Shown here: positions 1-12,160 of the stretch, piece by piece
How the letters are laid out: each line of letters opens with the position of its first letter
Numbering within the stretch: position 1 is the stretch's first letter
Origin: Macrostomum hystrix
Taxonomy: Eukaryota; Animalia; Platyhelminthes
Reading direction: 5' to 3'
Assembly (NCBI GenBank): GCA_950097015.1
Contig: CATNEN010000003.1
Span: 5,456,001 to 5,520,000 of the forward strand
DNA: 64,000 bases
The notes under the pieces: model-generated
Told to the model about the DNA's origin: nothing
Seen by the model: only the letters and a program-made list of their open reading frames with translations
Databases searched by the model: none
Made by a program: the position numbers and the translations under genes

Positions 1-290
1 TTTCGAATCTACGTCAGACTTTTTCTTGGAAATTCCAACAACAAGAGTATTTAACTGCCGACCCGTTTAGGCTTTTTTTAAGCCAGAATTTTTTATCAAG
101 CGATCGACATGCAAATTCTGGGTAAGTTTTTACTTTTATACCTTCACTGTATCGTATCGTAATATCGTATTACAAATTGCGTAATGTTAAACTCTCGCGC
201 GTATAGGTCAATTTAGACCCTACATGGATCATTATCATATTTCAAGTCCATTTAAAATGTATCGTAAACTGGATTTTACCAGTCTAATAT

Positions 291-655
291 AATAATAATA
301 ATAATTGCAGAAGGGCTGCGGGCAATGGCACATAATTTAGTGACACTAGACCCGCAGCCAGCGAGGAGGCAATTCTGCCCATTTCGCTGACTCCTGAGCA
401 CACACGCACACAGATACCGTACGCAGGCACCCGCTCACACAGGTGTGTACATCTGCCCTGACTTTCTCATCGTCAGGCAGTGTACATTTCACTGTGCCTT
501 GGAGGTTGGCCCTCAAGGGCGTAAATTGCACGACAAGCCCCCAAGCCTTCTCTCCGCGGCTGCGCCCCAAATGAATGTGGCCTCGCCGTGGAATCGAACT
601 TAGGGACCTTGGTGCGAGAGGCAAACGCGTTAGACTGCTCTGCCACCGACCCCCT
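291..655 (-). mobile_element. tRNA-derived SINE, family A, full-length copy
   Basis: Minus-strand head GGGGTCGGTGGCAGAGCAGTCTAACGCG...AAGTTCGATTCC has Pol III A/B boxes. 3' hairpin GGCTGCGGG...CCCGCAGCC and (ATT)n tail. Flanked by ~13-bp TSD ccagtctaatata (279-291) / ccagactaatata (656-668). Homologous copies recur through the window. Confidence 0.9.
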
Positions 656-1492
656 CCAGACTAATATAGCTGGCCTACCACATATAGATTAAAATTCAAA
701 TGTGGCCAATTGAGAATATTTCAGAGCAATTAAACATTTGATAGCAATCAAAAAATAACAACAAGAAACAGCGGCATTTTTCATCACAATCTATTGCAGG
801 CTAATCCATCTCATCCCGGCCCAGAGCACTCTACCACTGCAAGGCCACCGCCTACCATGAGTCGTCAAGGCTCATAAAAACTCAAAACTATTATCAAACT
901 CCTGGCTATTGAGTTGAAACTAGCCAAATACTCACTTTCTACTGAGCTGTCACGGTTGAAAACAAAACCAAATTTCGCGTGATTTCTCGCGCGGCACTCA
1001 TCTGACAGCCTTGTTGAGTGCCAGATTGTCAGAAATCTATTGCGCCAAAACTTTATAGCGTCTGACACAAATTTACTTAGGTTTGAAATTAAATAAAGTC
1101 TATTAGAAATGATAAAGTTTGAGATTTCGGTTCTGGGTCGAGTATATTTATGCTTAGAAAAATTATTTCGGAAAGTTTCTCGAATTTGGGGCGAGTGTCA
1201 TGACAGTTTGGCAGCTGACAATCAGTTTGTCGCCTTCTGTGGATTGATCGATCGATCAATGCCAGATTGCAGTGACGCACACACTTAAAAAAACTAATGT
1301 CTTATTCGCGAGCAGCGAATTTCAAACCAACCCAATTGCATCAGGTGGACGATGCGCAGGATGGGGTCGTTTTGGCAACTGGGAGTTTCGTCACTCTGAG
1401 TGTCCATTTGTTTTATGACCGCTGTCTCCGCTAATTTAAATGCTTACATTATATTAAGCAACTATAAAGACTTTATTGTCGAATTGTGTCAG

Positions 1493-2513
1493 GTGTTCAA
1501 CGAGAGGTGCATTTTGGCGCACTGCCAAAGGTGCGACGGCTTCCCTAGCAACAATGTCAGCTCGTTCGTGTTCAGCCTTCGAGACGGCCAACAGCTGACA
1601 TTCTGGCACGTATGGCAAGCCCAGAGCTTCTTTCAAGTTGAGACCGACCAAGGACTCCAGGTAAATGATAATACACTGCATATTAATTGGCAGGATAGCA
1701 GGACACTGGAAACACCGGGACACCTACTCAAGTACCCTAACTTTCTCATCATCAGGTAGTGAAAATATATATTGGGAGGGCGTAGATTGTACGACAGGCC
1801 CTAAAACAGTACCGGACATCACTACAAAATCGTCCTCAGGGACCTTAGTTCCGCCTTCAGCTGTAGTTACGGATACAGCTACGGGAGGCTACAGTTCCGG
1901 AATCTGTTGGACACAATATTTTATTCCCGGTATCTATATACCGGATCTTGAGTTTTCCCTGACTAAATTAGTTTTTCGACATGATTTTGTTCGAAATTGT
2001 TTCCTAGAATTTATAACAGTGCCAATGAAGGGCAACTATTAATTCCGTGCTCTGGTGTTGTGGACTCAAGCTCTAGAGATATTAATTCCCCAAAGTGACT
2101 TCTCAATGAGAGTGACTCCTCGAACTAACGCCGGCTAGGTGAAGGTGCGGCTTCCGAGTTTGCTACGGAGCGATCGGGACGATGACGACACAGCTCAGCG
2201 ATCCCAGAGGGTGTTCTCTGTTCTGATCTACCTGCGCTCGAGCGAGGCCAACGCGCTGGAGAAGGCGGCTGTCGGCATGGCCAAAGACCTAAGCGACTTC
2301 TACTGGTTCGCAAAGAGGGTCGATCAGCGATCGCCGTGGCGGGATGTCCTACACATCCGCGAGGTGCGCGGCAGCGTTCATCTGATCCAGACGCAGCATG
2401 GCCGCATTGATTCCGGAGACTGCGACGCTACCGACATCACCGAGGAGTTCTCGATGATCCTGGAGACTGCGGATGAGCGCATCGAGTTGCCAGTTGACAA
2501 AAAAACTGAATAG
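1493..2513 (+). CDS. Putative 3' part of an uncharacterised protein-coding gene (exons 1493-1660 and 2139-2513)
   Basis: Two GC-rich open segments with tcag|GTGTTC acceptor, CAG|gtaaat donor, and ctaac...ctag|GTGAAG acceptor. Both junctions are phase 0, giving VFNERCILAHCQRCDGF...VETDQGLQ|VKVRLPSLLRS...PVDKKTE*. Start and family not identified. Confidence 0.45.
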
Positions 2514-3869
2514 AGGCAAATTAATTTTGTTTTTGCGACTGGAGTTTCAGATTTTTGTTTTGAATTATTGAATCACCCGCATTCGATGCAAAACACATTC
2601 AACCGACTCGCCTATTGGTTCTCTAAACCATGCAGATGACTCAATACCGCATGCGACCACAAGCGGTCATTTGCCAATACCTGACCCTACCAAACCCTCC
2701 ATGGACCTTACCTCCGACCCTACCTGACCCTACCAAACCCTTTACTGACCCTTCCACAGACACAACCAACCCCGACACCCACCCCAACCAGCCAGCCAAT
2801 CAGGGAACTGCGCCAGAGAGGGAGTCAATCGTTTAAAATTCATGACCGTAGTAGTCAGCCACGGGAGAAATAGTTAAGAAAAATCATTCAAAAGAAAAAT
2901 ATGTTTTAGCAGGCAGTTTAACTTCATGAAAATTTCAGCGGGTAATTCAGAATTCGAAATAAAATCGTTTGCTAAACTTGTTTTTCTTTTCTTCTTTTTA
3001 TGATTGAGTATAGTGCGTGATTTGATATTCGCGATAATTTTTCCAGAGAAGATCAATTATATTCAGATATATCAGGTCCATATGTTTTCTGTCGTTTTTT
3101 TCAATTATATTCTTCTTGGTTTGTTAGCAAATCACACAGAACACCTTACTTATTGTTCTATATTTTACTATATATTTTTTCAATGCGATGATCTGCCTTT
3201 CAAAGTTTTACATGATCTGCCTATGCCATAGACAAACTAATTTTCTTACTCAAAGAGTAAATTTAATAGCTCCTGAATTGTTTAACTAACATTATTCTTT
3301 GATATTGCTTAATCAATTGAATTGTTATTGCTTAATCAATCAATCAGAAACGTCGTTTATTTATTAAAACTGTTTAAATTGCTCCTCTGTTGCTACTATT
3401 AGTAGGCACAATAATCTTATTTATGTTTTTCTCACCTTCATTGCAAGTGTTTTGTCATATAAACATTTTAAATGAACATTATTTTTTCCGCAGAATTAAC
3501 AGCTGTACCTTACTCACGCATAAATGTGTCACGCCGTTGCTCAGATAAACAGAAAACATGCAAGAGATTGCGGGGGCAACTGCTGGCCCCTAAAATAAAA
3601 TGAGCCAGGAAACTCAAGTATATGCTGACAAGTCAATGCGAAATTCCTATCAGCTATTGGTCTTATCTTGTTAACCTTGGTTGATTGCAAACACGCTGAC
3701 ACACTAGATTTTTTATAATTGGTACAACGCCCTGTATATTGGGGGACAGAAGAAGGTACTGAAATTTTCCAGTAGCATTTATTTACTTCGTGAAACATTC
3801 TACTCGAACAAGTATGCAACTGTCCTAGCCAAAGCTCATAGATTGTGAGCCTCCGTAATCCTCATTTAC

Positions 3870-5300
3870 TATCTCACCCTCTTTCTCACCTCTGTCTTAC
3901 CCTCTCTCTCACCTCTGTCTTACCCTCTTTCTCACCTCTGTCTTACCCTCTATCTCACCTCCGTCTCACCCTCTATCTCACCTCTGTCTCACCCTCTATC
4001 TCACCCCTGTCTTACCCTCTTTCTGACCTCTGTCTCACCCTCTTTCTCACCTCTGTCTCACCCTCTATCTCACCCCTGTCTTACCCTCTATCTCACCTCT
4101 GTCTCACCCTCTATCTCACCCCTGTCTTATCCTCTATCTCACCCCTGTCTAACCCTCTTTCTGACCTCTGTCTCACCCTCTTTCTCACCTCTATCTCACC
4201 CTCTTTCTCACCTCCGTCTCACCCTCTATCTCACCTCTGTCTCACCCTCTTTCTCACCTCTGTCTCACCCTCTATCTCACCCCTGTCTTACCCTCTATCT
4301 CACCCCTGTCTTACCCTCTTTCTGACCTCTGTCTCACCCTCTTTCTCACCTCTGTCTCACCCTCTATCTCACCCCTGTCTTACCCTCTATCTCACCCCTG
4401 TCTAACCCTCTTTCTGACCTCTGTCTCACCCTCTTTCTCACCTCTATCTCACCCTCTTTCTCACCTCCGTCTCACCCTCTATCTCACCTCTGTCTCACCC
4501 TCTTTCTCACCTCTGTCTCACCCTCTATCTCACCCCTGTCTTACCCTCTATCTCACCTCTGTCTTACCCTCTTTCTCACCTCTGTCTTACCCTCTATCTC
4601 ACCTCCGTCTCACCCTCTATCTCACCTCTGTCTCACCCTCTATCTCACCCCTGTCTTACCCTCTTTCTGACCTCTGTCTCACCCTCTTTCTCACCTCTGT
4701 CTCACCCTCTATCTCACCCCTGTCTTACCCTCTATCTCACCTCTGTCTCATCCTCTATCTCACCCCTGTCTTACCCTCTATCTCACCCCAGTCTTACCCT
4801 CTATCTCACCTCTGTCTCATCCTCTATCTCACCCCTGTCTTACCCTCTATCTCACCCCTGTCTAACCCTCTTTCTGACCTCTGTCTCACCCTCTTTCTCA
4901 CCTCTATCTCACCCTCTTTCTCACCTCCGTCTCACCCTCTATCTCACCTCTGTCTCACCCTCTTTCTCACCTCTGTCTCACCCTTTATCTCACCCCTGTC
5001 TTACCCTCTATCTCACCTCTGTCTCACCCTCTATCTCACCCCTGTCTTACCCTCTATCTCACCTCTGTCTCACCCTCTATCTCACCTCTGTCTCACCCTC
5101 TTTCTCACCTCTGTCTCACGCTCTTTCTCACCTCTGTCTCACCCTCTTTCTCACCTCTGTCTCACTCTCTTTCTCACCCCAGTCTTACCCTCTATCTCAC
5201 CTCTGTCTTACCCTCTATCTCACCTCTGTCTTACCCTCGTTCTCTCCCCTGCCTCACCCTCCTTCTCACCCCTGATTCTACTGTCTCCCCTGTCTCACCT
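3870..5300. repeat. Pyrimidine-rich minisatellite, ~23-bp unit (TCTCACCCTCTTTCTCACCTCTG)
   Basis: Tandem 11/12-bp subunits read directly, with larger internal duplications. Confidence 0.95.
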
Positions 5301-5845
5301 ACTCTCGTAACGGCAGTTAGCTCTCTGCCCTTCGGTAAAGTTCTTTTTCAACTTTTTGGTCCGAATCTGTCTTCTGTGCATGATTTCATGAAAAATTTTG
5401 TTTCAAAAATTTAGATCTACCTATAGATATAGGTACCTAAACGTATGAATTGCGCAACGAATAATAAAAAAATGTTTAATACTGCAGTATGTGAAACATG
5501 ATAATCTGAGACACACAGACAGACAGAGAGGTTCCAAATTTACGCAGATCGCTCTGCAGCCACTATAAGAAGATTATTTACTTAGCATAAAACATATATT
5601 CTATGATTATTACAGCCACGAAAGTTCGCTTCTAGCACACAGTGAAGACCCTAATCTGACAGTAATCTTATATTTATTGAATTCCAGACAATGTCACTGG
5701 ATTATGAGTCCTTTTTGACTATAGATTATTGTTTAAGTTAAACCTTATGCAATTCTTTGAGAAGCAATCAAATTAAATCGTCTTTAAGTAGGTTTCCTTT
5801 TAGGTAGGAAAAACTGAGAAATATTAATACTGTCCATAATACTCG

Positions 5846-6068
5846 AGAAGTTTTAGCCTAGTGGTTAGAGCGTTGGACTCACGACTAGAAGGTCGGAGGT
5901 TCGATTCCCGACTCCACTTAAACAATTTCTGTCTTTTTGCAAGACACTTAACTCTGCATTGCTTCAGTTCACCCAGCTGTTAAATGGGTACCAGGACTAG
6001 CTGGGATAATTGAAGGTGGGTGTTGCGTCCATGGACTGAACAGCTGCACACACAGACTGTACATCTGG
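5846..6068 (+). mobile_element. CORE-SINE family B copy (3' decayed)
   Basis: A box TAGCCTAGTGG, B box GGTTCGATTCC, then GCAAGACACTTAACTCTGCATTGCTTCAGTTCACCCAGCTGTTAAATGGG (CORE-like). Confidence 0.85.
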
Positions 6069-6239
6069 CAAAAACAGGGGCCTATTAATATTGTCAATCA
6101 CCTTCTGGATCGTATTTTAATCAGCTCTTAACCTCTGATTAGAGAATTAGCTCAGCCGGACTTAACAATTATACAGTTCAATATGTCTTTTTTGTTTTTT
6201 GGGCCTATTTTATCTAATTAAGGACGAGTTGCATGTGAA

Positions 6240-6557
6240 TAATAATAATAATAATAATAATAATTTATTACACCTGCCCCAATTGGGCCAGATGTGCAGC
6301 CGACAGCACAGCCGCAGCTATTGCGCGGCGCATCTGAAGGCTGCGTACGGCTGTTCAGTCCATGGACTGGGGGGACGCCACACCCACCTTCAATTATCCC
6401 AGCTAATGCTGGTACCCATTTAACAGCTGGGTGAACTGAAGCAATGCAGAGTTAAGTGTCTTGCTAAAGGACACAAACTGTTCCAGTGGAGTCGAGAATC
6501 GAATCCCCGACCTTCAAGTCGTGAGTCCGAAGCCCTAACCACTAGGCTACAACCTCT
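6240..6557 (-). mobile_element. CORE-SINE family B, full-length copy
   Basis: tRNA-like head, CORE-like centre, GC-rich 3' part, (ATT)n tail. 8-bp TSD catgtgaa at 6232-6239 and 6560-6567. Confidence 0.9.
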
Positions 6558-6870
6558 TTCATGTGAACTAGCAAACTAAGGATGGCTGTAACAGACCTAA
6601 CACAATCAGTTAGCATGCGTGAACCAAGTGCAAAGTCTAGTCTATGAGATTTCATCAATTATTGTATACATTGGCTTGTAGTTAGACCACACGGCATGCC
6701 GATTATTATTAAATATGTACTGTACGTATAGGCCAGGTTTTAGCTAATGCGTCAGTGTTTTGCACAATGCAGGGCGCTCGGTAACCAATGCCAACTAAAG
6801 TTGACTTGGTTGCATGGTGTTTTCCTAATAACTGCACGACAGTAAAACATACGGCTATGGGTTTTCGCCA

Positions 6871-6903
6871 AACACACACACACACACACACACTCTCTCT
6901 CTC
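6871..6903. repeat. (CA)n(CT)n microsatellite
   Basis: Read directly. Confidence 0.9.
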
Positions 6904-7564
6904 CGTGTCCATAGGCCGTCGTTTTTCGATAGAAACTCCGTTTGCAGTGAAGTGACTTTCAATCGTACGTTCGCACGTACGAGCCAGCGAGAAAGAGAGC
7001 TAGAGAGAGAGAGGGAGAGAGAGAGCGGTGGCTGAGTCACTGGACCCAAATAAAGTTGGTCAGGCAGTGTGCCAAGCCGACTGCAGGCTATAATAGCGGA
7101 CCCCCCCGATCGTGTCGATCGCTGAGATTTTATACTTTGACTAGCGCCTTGGTTTACTTAGCATGTCCAGCACGCGAGTCAAAGCTAGCTTTTAGTCTTG
7201 CTGCTGCTGCTACTGCTGTGCAGGGTACATTCCAACACCGCACGCAATACACCGAAGCGGAAATAGAACTTCTAATTTAATCCCACAAATCGGCACACGC
7301 CCAGCGGGGAAGAATAGCGAACGAGACAGAGACAGGAAAAAAAAAGAGAAGGCCTGACAGAATTGAGTTGCTACCGTCTGGCACACGGTAGAGTCCTCTG
7401 CATTGAGGCCTGTCCACGGATTTGTTAGCTCAGGGAACAGCCGTACAAAGTCTAAAGGCCTCTTTAAATCCCAGCAGATTTGATTGCCTTGCCTCTCGCT
7501 TTGCCTCGCCTGGCCGAGACAGACTGGAAACATTTGAACAGTTAGTGCTGCGAGCGGCATTTCA

Positions 7565-8848
7565 ATGCACCAGTTGCAGTCAAGCTATTTGCACTATGGA
7601 CAGCTGGCTCTCGCACTGTTCATAGTCGCCATGCTGATCGTTCTCCTACTGGCTTACATCGTGGCCATCGTTTGGGCCAGAATCTATTTCTACAGACGCG
7701 TGACCTTCAGCCAGGACATGCTGGAGGCCGGCCTACCGGGCGTGTCCATCATCAAGCCGCTGCTTGGTATCGACAGGAATGTCTACACGAATCTAGAGAG
7801 CTTCTTCACCCTGCAGTACCCTAAGTACGAGCTGCTTTTCTGCCTGGAATCCGATTCAGACTCGGCTCGGATGGTCATCGAGACTCTCATGGAGAAATAT
7901 CCCAACGTGGAGGCTCAGCTGCTGTGCTCTCCAACCGCTTGCGGCGTGAATCCCAAGGTGAACAACATGATGCAGGGCTACAAGGCTGCGCGATACCAGC
8001 TTGTGCTGATCTCGGACAGCGGCGTGAAAATGCGAGCCGAGGCGCTAGCCGACATGGTCTGGTGCATCAACCAGAAAGACGTCGGTCTCGTCCACCAGAT
8101 GCCATTCGTGGATCAGCGGCCCGGCTTTCGCAGCTTGGTCCACTCCGCCTATTTCGGCTGCTCGCACGCCAAGTCGTACATCGGCGCCAACTGCCTGGGC
8201 ATGACCTGCTGCACCGGCATGTCCTGCCTGTTCCGTCGGGATGTTGTCGACGAGCTACCCGGCGGGCTGGCCTACTTTGGTCGCTACCTCGCTGAGGATT
8301 TCTTCTTGGCGCAGCACTTTCAATCCAAGGGCTACCGGGTGTCCGTGTCTCACTATCCGGCCCTGCAGGACGGCACCGGCGAGATCATGGCCCTCCGACG
8401 TCGGCTAATCCGCTGGGCTCAGCTTCGTGCTGCGATGGTGCCGCACATCGTCATGCTGGAGCTGATCGCCGAGTGCCTGGCGGCCGGCCTCCTGGGTGCC
8501 TGGGCGCTGCCGTTCCTGTTCCGCGGGCTGAACCCGTGCGCCTGCTTTCTCACGCACTGCCTGCTGTGGCTGCTGGCAGACTATGCAATGCTCCGAAGCT
8601 GCATGGACACCAGCGGCGTTGACGAGAAGCCACAATTCGGCCGCGTTGAATTCGTGTGCGCCTGGCTGCTGTGCATCGGCATGGCGCCTCTGAACCTCCT
8701 GGCCTCGCTAGGCAGCTCCGAGATTGTCTGGCGCAATCGACGTTTCAAACTGAACTGGGGCGGCGCCACCAAGGAGGTCCTGCCGTCGCAGATGACGCAG
8801 CCGCAGTCATCCGCCAGCGGATTGGCAGGTTGCAAACAAACGTTGTAG
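7565..8848 (+). CDS. UGCG: Ceramide glucosyltransferase (glucosylceramide synthase, GT21), single coding exon, 427 aa
   Basis: N-terminal TM helix; motifs LPGVSIIKPL, NLESFF, NPKVNN, ISDSG, GLVHQMP, CCTGMSCLFR, YLAEDFF and RLIRW (QxxRW-type) match animal GCS; C-terminal hydrophobic segments and WRxxxF. Confidence 0.96.
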   Translation: MHQLQSSYLHYGQLALALFIVAMLIVLLLAYIVAIVWARIYFYRRVTFSQDMLEAGLPGVSIIKPLLGIDRNVYTNLESFFTLQYPKYELLFCLESDSDSARMVIETLMEKYPNVEAQLLCSPTACGVNPKVNNMMQGYKAARYQLVLISDSGVKMRAEALADMVWCINQKDVGLVHQMPFVDQRPGFRSLVHSAYFGCSHAKSYIGANCLGMTCCTGMSCLFRRDVVDELPGGLAYFGRYLAEDFFLAQHFQSKGYRVSVSHYPALQDGTGEIMALRRRLIRWAQLRAAMVPHIVMLELIAECLAAGLLGAWALPFLFRGLNPCACFLTHCLLWLLADYAMLRSCMDTSGVDEKPQFGRVEFVCAWLLCIGMAPLNLLASLGSSEIVWRNRRFKLNWGGATKEVLPSQMTQPQSSASGLAGCKQTL

Positions 8849-9722
8849 GCCCTATTTATTTTTCACGCCTCGGGATCCACGACCTCCTATCGCCCCTCCC
8901 CCGGATCTCGTTATTGAAATACCAGTGCCTGACCCGAAGGAATTCAATCATAATTACTTGATCATTTAGTTCACTTGCTGTTCTAAGTCAAAGCCACTTT
9001 CATGTGCAATTTTTCTCTTCTATAGCTTATCAACTACGCTTTTCTTTAATTAGAAAACAATTTTTATTTTCGACTTGGGTTGTTAAAGCTAATAGTGTAT
9101 GTGCAGGTTTTGATCTGGCTTGGAGGCAAGCCACAAATATAGAGCCGCTATATCGTTAATAAATTTACTTAAAATAGCGCGATTACGTTAGTAATACTAT
9201 CTGCGAAATTTGCTTTGATTTTACCTTAAGTAATTTATCTTAAGAAATAACTGCATATTTTTAGCCAAACGTGCAGGAGCTTATTTCGAGCTAATTGTTC
9301 TATTATAATCAGTTAGTGGTAAAATGAACCTATTGAAATTATTTATAAAGGAACTTCTTTCACGGATATAATAATGTATGTCAGTTATTGTGTCATACCT
9401 TGTACTGCGCCTATAGCTATTGTTCAGCTTTTATTGCTTACTCGTCACAGTACATGCTCCTTAGTTTATGATCTATGAATTCGATCCATCGGCCACCTGC
9501 AACCTAACCTTAATTTGAGTTACACTTCCTACCAAAAACTGTCAATCTACCTGACTTTCTGTTACTTTGACGTGCAATTCTAAAATTAGATAGTAAGGCG
9601 GACGGTATTTTTGTTTAAGAGATGGGTTGAAGATACGCATTGCGCGTATATTTATACTAACAGAGGCAGGATGGAGCTAGGGTATAGATAGGTGCGATAA
9701 GTGGCGCGGCTTTGCTCTAATT

Positions 9723-10413
9723 CAGGGGTCGGCAAACTCCGGCCCGCGGGCCAGATGCGGCCCTCGAAGCTCCCAAATCCGGCCCGTTGCCCCTTCTGAC
9801 ATCTACAGTGTCCTGTTTCATCTCACTCGTGTCTCATCTCTCCCGTGTCTCATCTCTCCCGTGTCTCATCTCTCCCGTGTCTAATCTCTCCTGTGTCTCA
9901 TCTCACTCGTGTCTAATCTCTCCCGTGTCTCATCTCTCCCGTGTCTCATCTCTCCTGCGTCTCATCTCTCCTGTGTCTCATCTCTCCCGTGTCTCATCTC
10001 TCCCGTGTCTCATCTCTCCCGTGTCTCATCTCTCCCGTGTCTCATCTCTCCCGTGTCTCATCTCTCCTGTGTCTCATCTCTCCCGTGTCTAATCTCTCCT
10101 GTGTCTCATGTCTCCCGTGTCTAATCTCTCCCGTGTCTCATGTCTCCCGTGTCTCATCTCTCCCGTGTCTAATCTCTCCCGTGTCTAATCTCTCCCGTGT
10201 CTCATCTCTCCCGTGTCTAATCTCTCCTGCGTCTCATCTCTCCTGTATCTCATCTCTCCGGTGTCTCATCTCTCCCGTGTCTCATCTCTCCCGTGTCTCA
10301 TGTCTCCCGTGTCTCATCTCTCCTCTATCTCATATTTATACAGTCAATGCTGCACGCTGTCGTATTTTAGGTTCTCTCTTTGGCCCGCCAGCAAATAAGT
10401 TTGCCTACCCCTG
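9723..10413 (+). mobile_element. Non-autonomous hAT (Charlie-like) DNA transposon/MITE with internal 16-bp minisatellite
   Basis: TIRs CAGGGGTCGGCAAACT ... AGTTTGCCTACCCCTG; subterminal CGGCCCGCGGGCC; 8-bp TSD ctctaatt/ctctaaat; interior (TCTCATCTCTCCCGTG)n at ~9815-10330. Confidence 0.9.
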
Positions 10414-11885
10414 CTCTAAATTGAGAAGCTGGAGCGACAAGTCCTCGCCAGACCCACATTTTCGGACTCAGTCCCGAAAATAACCTGGGCAGATAGGAAA
10501 TTCTAACGCACCACACACAGAAAAACACTAACAACTTCCGAATCGTGCAAAATAAAAAAATAATGTTTGTTTCATTAGAAAGCTGAATAAATTCTCAACA
10601 TTTTAGTGGAAGCAAGTGTGCCTACCTGTTTTAGCTACTGATCTGTGCTTAAATAAAGTTTATGGAAGACAAAAAAATGTCACTTAGCAGTGCACGAACT
10701 ATTAACTACCTCTCGAACGAACTAATAAACTTTTCAAAATAGCGAAAAAAGCAGATTTTCTGCAGTACAACTTTGCGAATTGTCTTATAGATAACAGGTT
10801 TTGTCTTCCAAAAGCTTTATGTAAGCATAATCTAGACTGATATTGAGTGCTTTTGGTTCGGCTGTACTGGCTCTGGCCGGTAGCCGTGTTGACTATCGTC
10901 CACAATAGTATATTGTGCCAAATTTGCTCCTAATTTTCCTTCACTTCCGTTAGACGCAAAATGTGCATTAGAAATGTTCAGCTATATTAACTTACTCTTC
11001 TGTCTGGTCCAATATTCACCTTAATGTTATATGTTGTCTATCATTGAACATATGTGCCTATATATTTTTATGTATCATCAGACTTTCACAAGTCTGACTT
11101 CAACTTCGCAGCTTCGTTTGTTTAATTTTTTATTACTTTGACTAGGTTCGACTGAATTAAACTGCACATAGCTTATACTCTCTCATATCACAGCTGTGTA
11201 TATGCTTTACCTTATATACGAAGAATTTCTAATTTCTAGCTGTCTGCCTCTGATTATGCCACGTCCTTTACGTCCTTTATAGTTCATTCTAATTCACAGC
11301 TGCAAGTTCAGGTGCACAATTCTGTCTGTTTATGGCCGATAGGAAATCTCTTACTAAAGTATTTCGCAGAAATATATATCGATTTACGCTCGTATATGGG
11401 AATGCAATTTTTGCGAAATCATTCAGGTTCGCACTAGTTTAATTTCACACTTAATTTTCACATTTGTTATAAATTTTTTGGATAGTCCCAGATGTGAGAG
11501 ATACAATTCAGACTACTGACAGTAGAAAAGCAAAGACTTGGCTGCAAAACTCTCACATAACACTAAAAAATATCGCCATAAAAATGGCAAGCTTAAAAGA
11601 GACTTCTGTGCACACTAAGAGTGGTGGGAGGGGACTGCGTGTGGCTATGGCTGACTGACGAAGGCAAACAAGCCAGAAACCGGTCTCGGTCTGCCAGCGC
11701 GAGGTTCGTTCCCCACTTTTAGTGTGTTACACCAGAGACTCAAAAAATAAATTGCTTAAATTTGTACATTATTGTTTAGATCTACAAAGCTATAAAATCG
11801 AAAGCAATCAGAGCAATAAAAAAGCAATAAAATTGTAAATTCATATATCAATTTATCTGGCTATACTCGTATATAAAGATAGATG

Positions 11886-12160
11886 GGGTTGTAGCCTATG
11901 TAGGGCGTCGGAGGTTCGATTCCTGACTCCACTGGAACAATTTGTGTCCTTTAGCAAGACACTTAACTCTGCATTGCTTCAGTTCACCCAGCTGTTAAAT
12001 GGGCTGGGATAATTGAAGGTGGGTGTGGCGTCCCCCCAGTCCATGGACTGAACAGCTGTACGCAGCCTTCAGCTGATGCGCCGCGCAATAGCTGCGGCTG
12101 TGCTGTCGGCTGCACAGCTGACCCAATTGAAGCAGGTTCAATCAATTATTATTATTAATC
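11886..12160 (+). mobile_element. CORE-SINE family B copy (small deletions)
   Basis: Same body as 6240-6557; ATT tail. Confidence 0.88.

Noticed and set aside
440-486. Hammerhead-like CTGACGA...GAAA in SINE A
   Set aside because: Only 3 nt separate the two boxes (no stem II), and the CTGAC is paired in a simple hairpin; I could not build stems I and III.
800-877. Possible terminal exon of an upstream gene (after ttgcag; donor-like gtaagt at 122)
   Set aside because: Too short, no recognisable protein, frame cannot be fixed within the window.
5340-5540. Possible Helitron-type end (GACAGACAGA motif; also ~23570)
   Set aside because: No clear terminal hairpin/CTRR and no second alignable copy in the window.
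5846-5920. tRNA genes at SINE heads
   Set aside because: A/B boxes are present, but each continues into a shared SINE body and lacks a clean acceptor stem.
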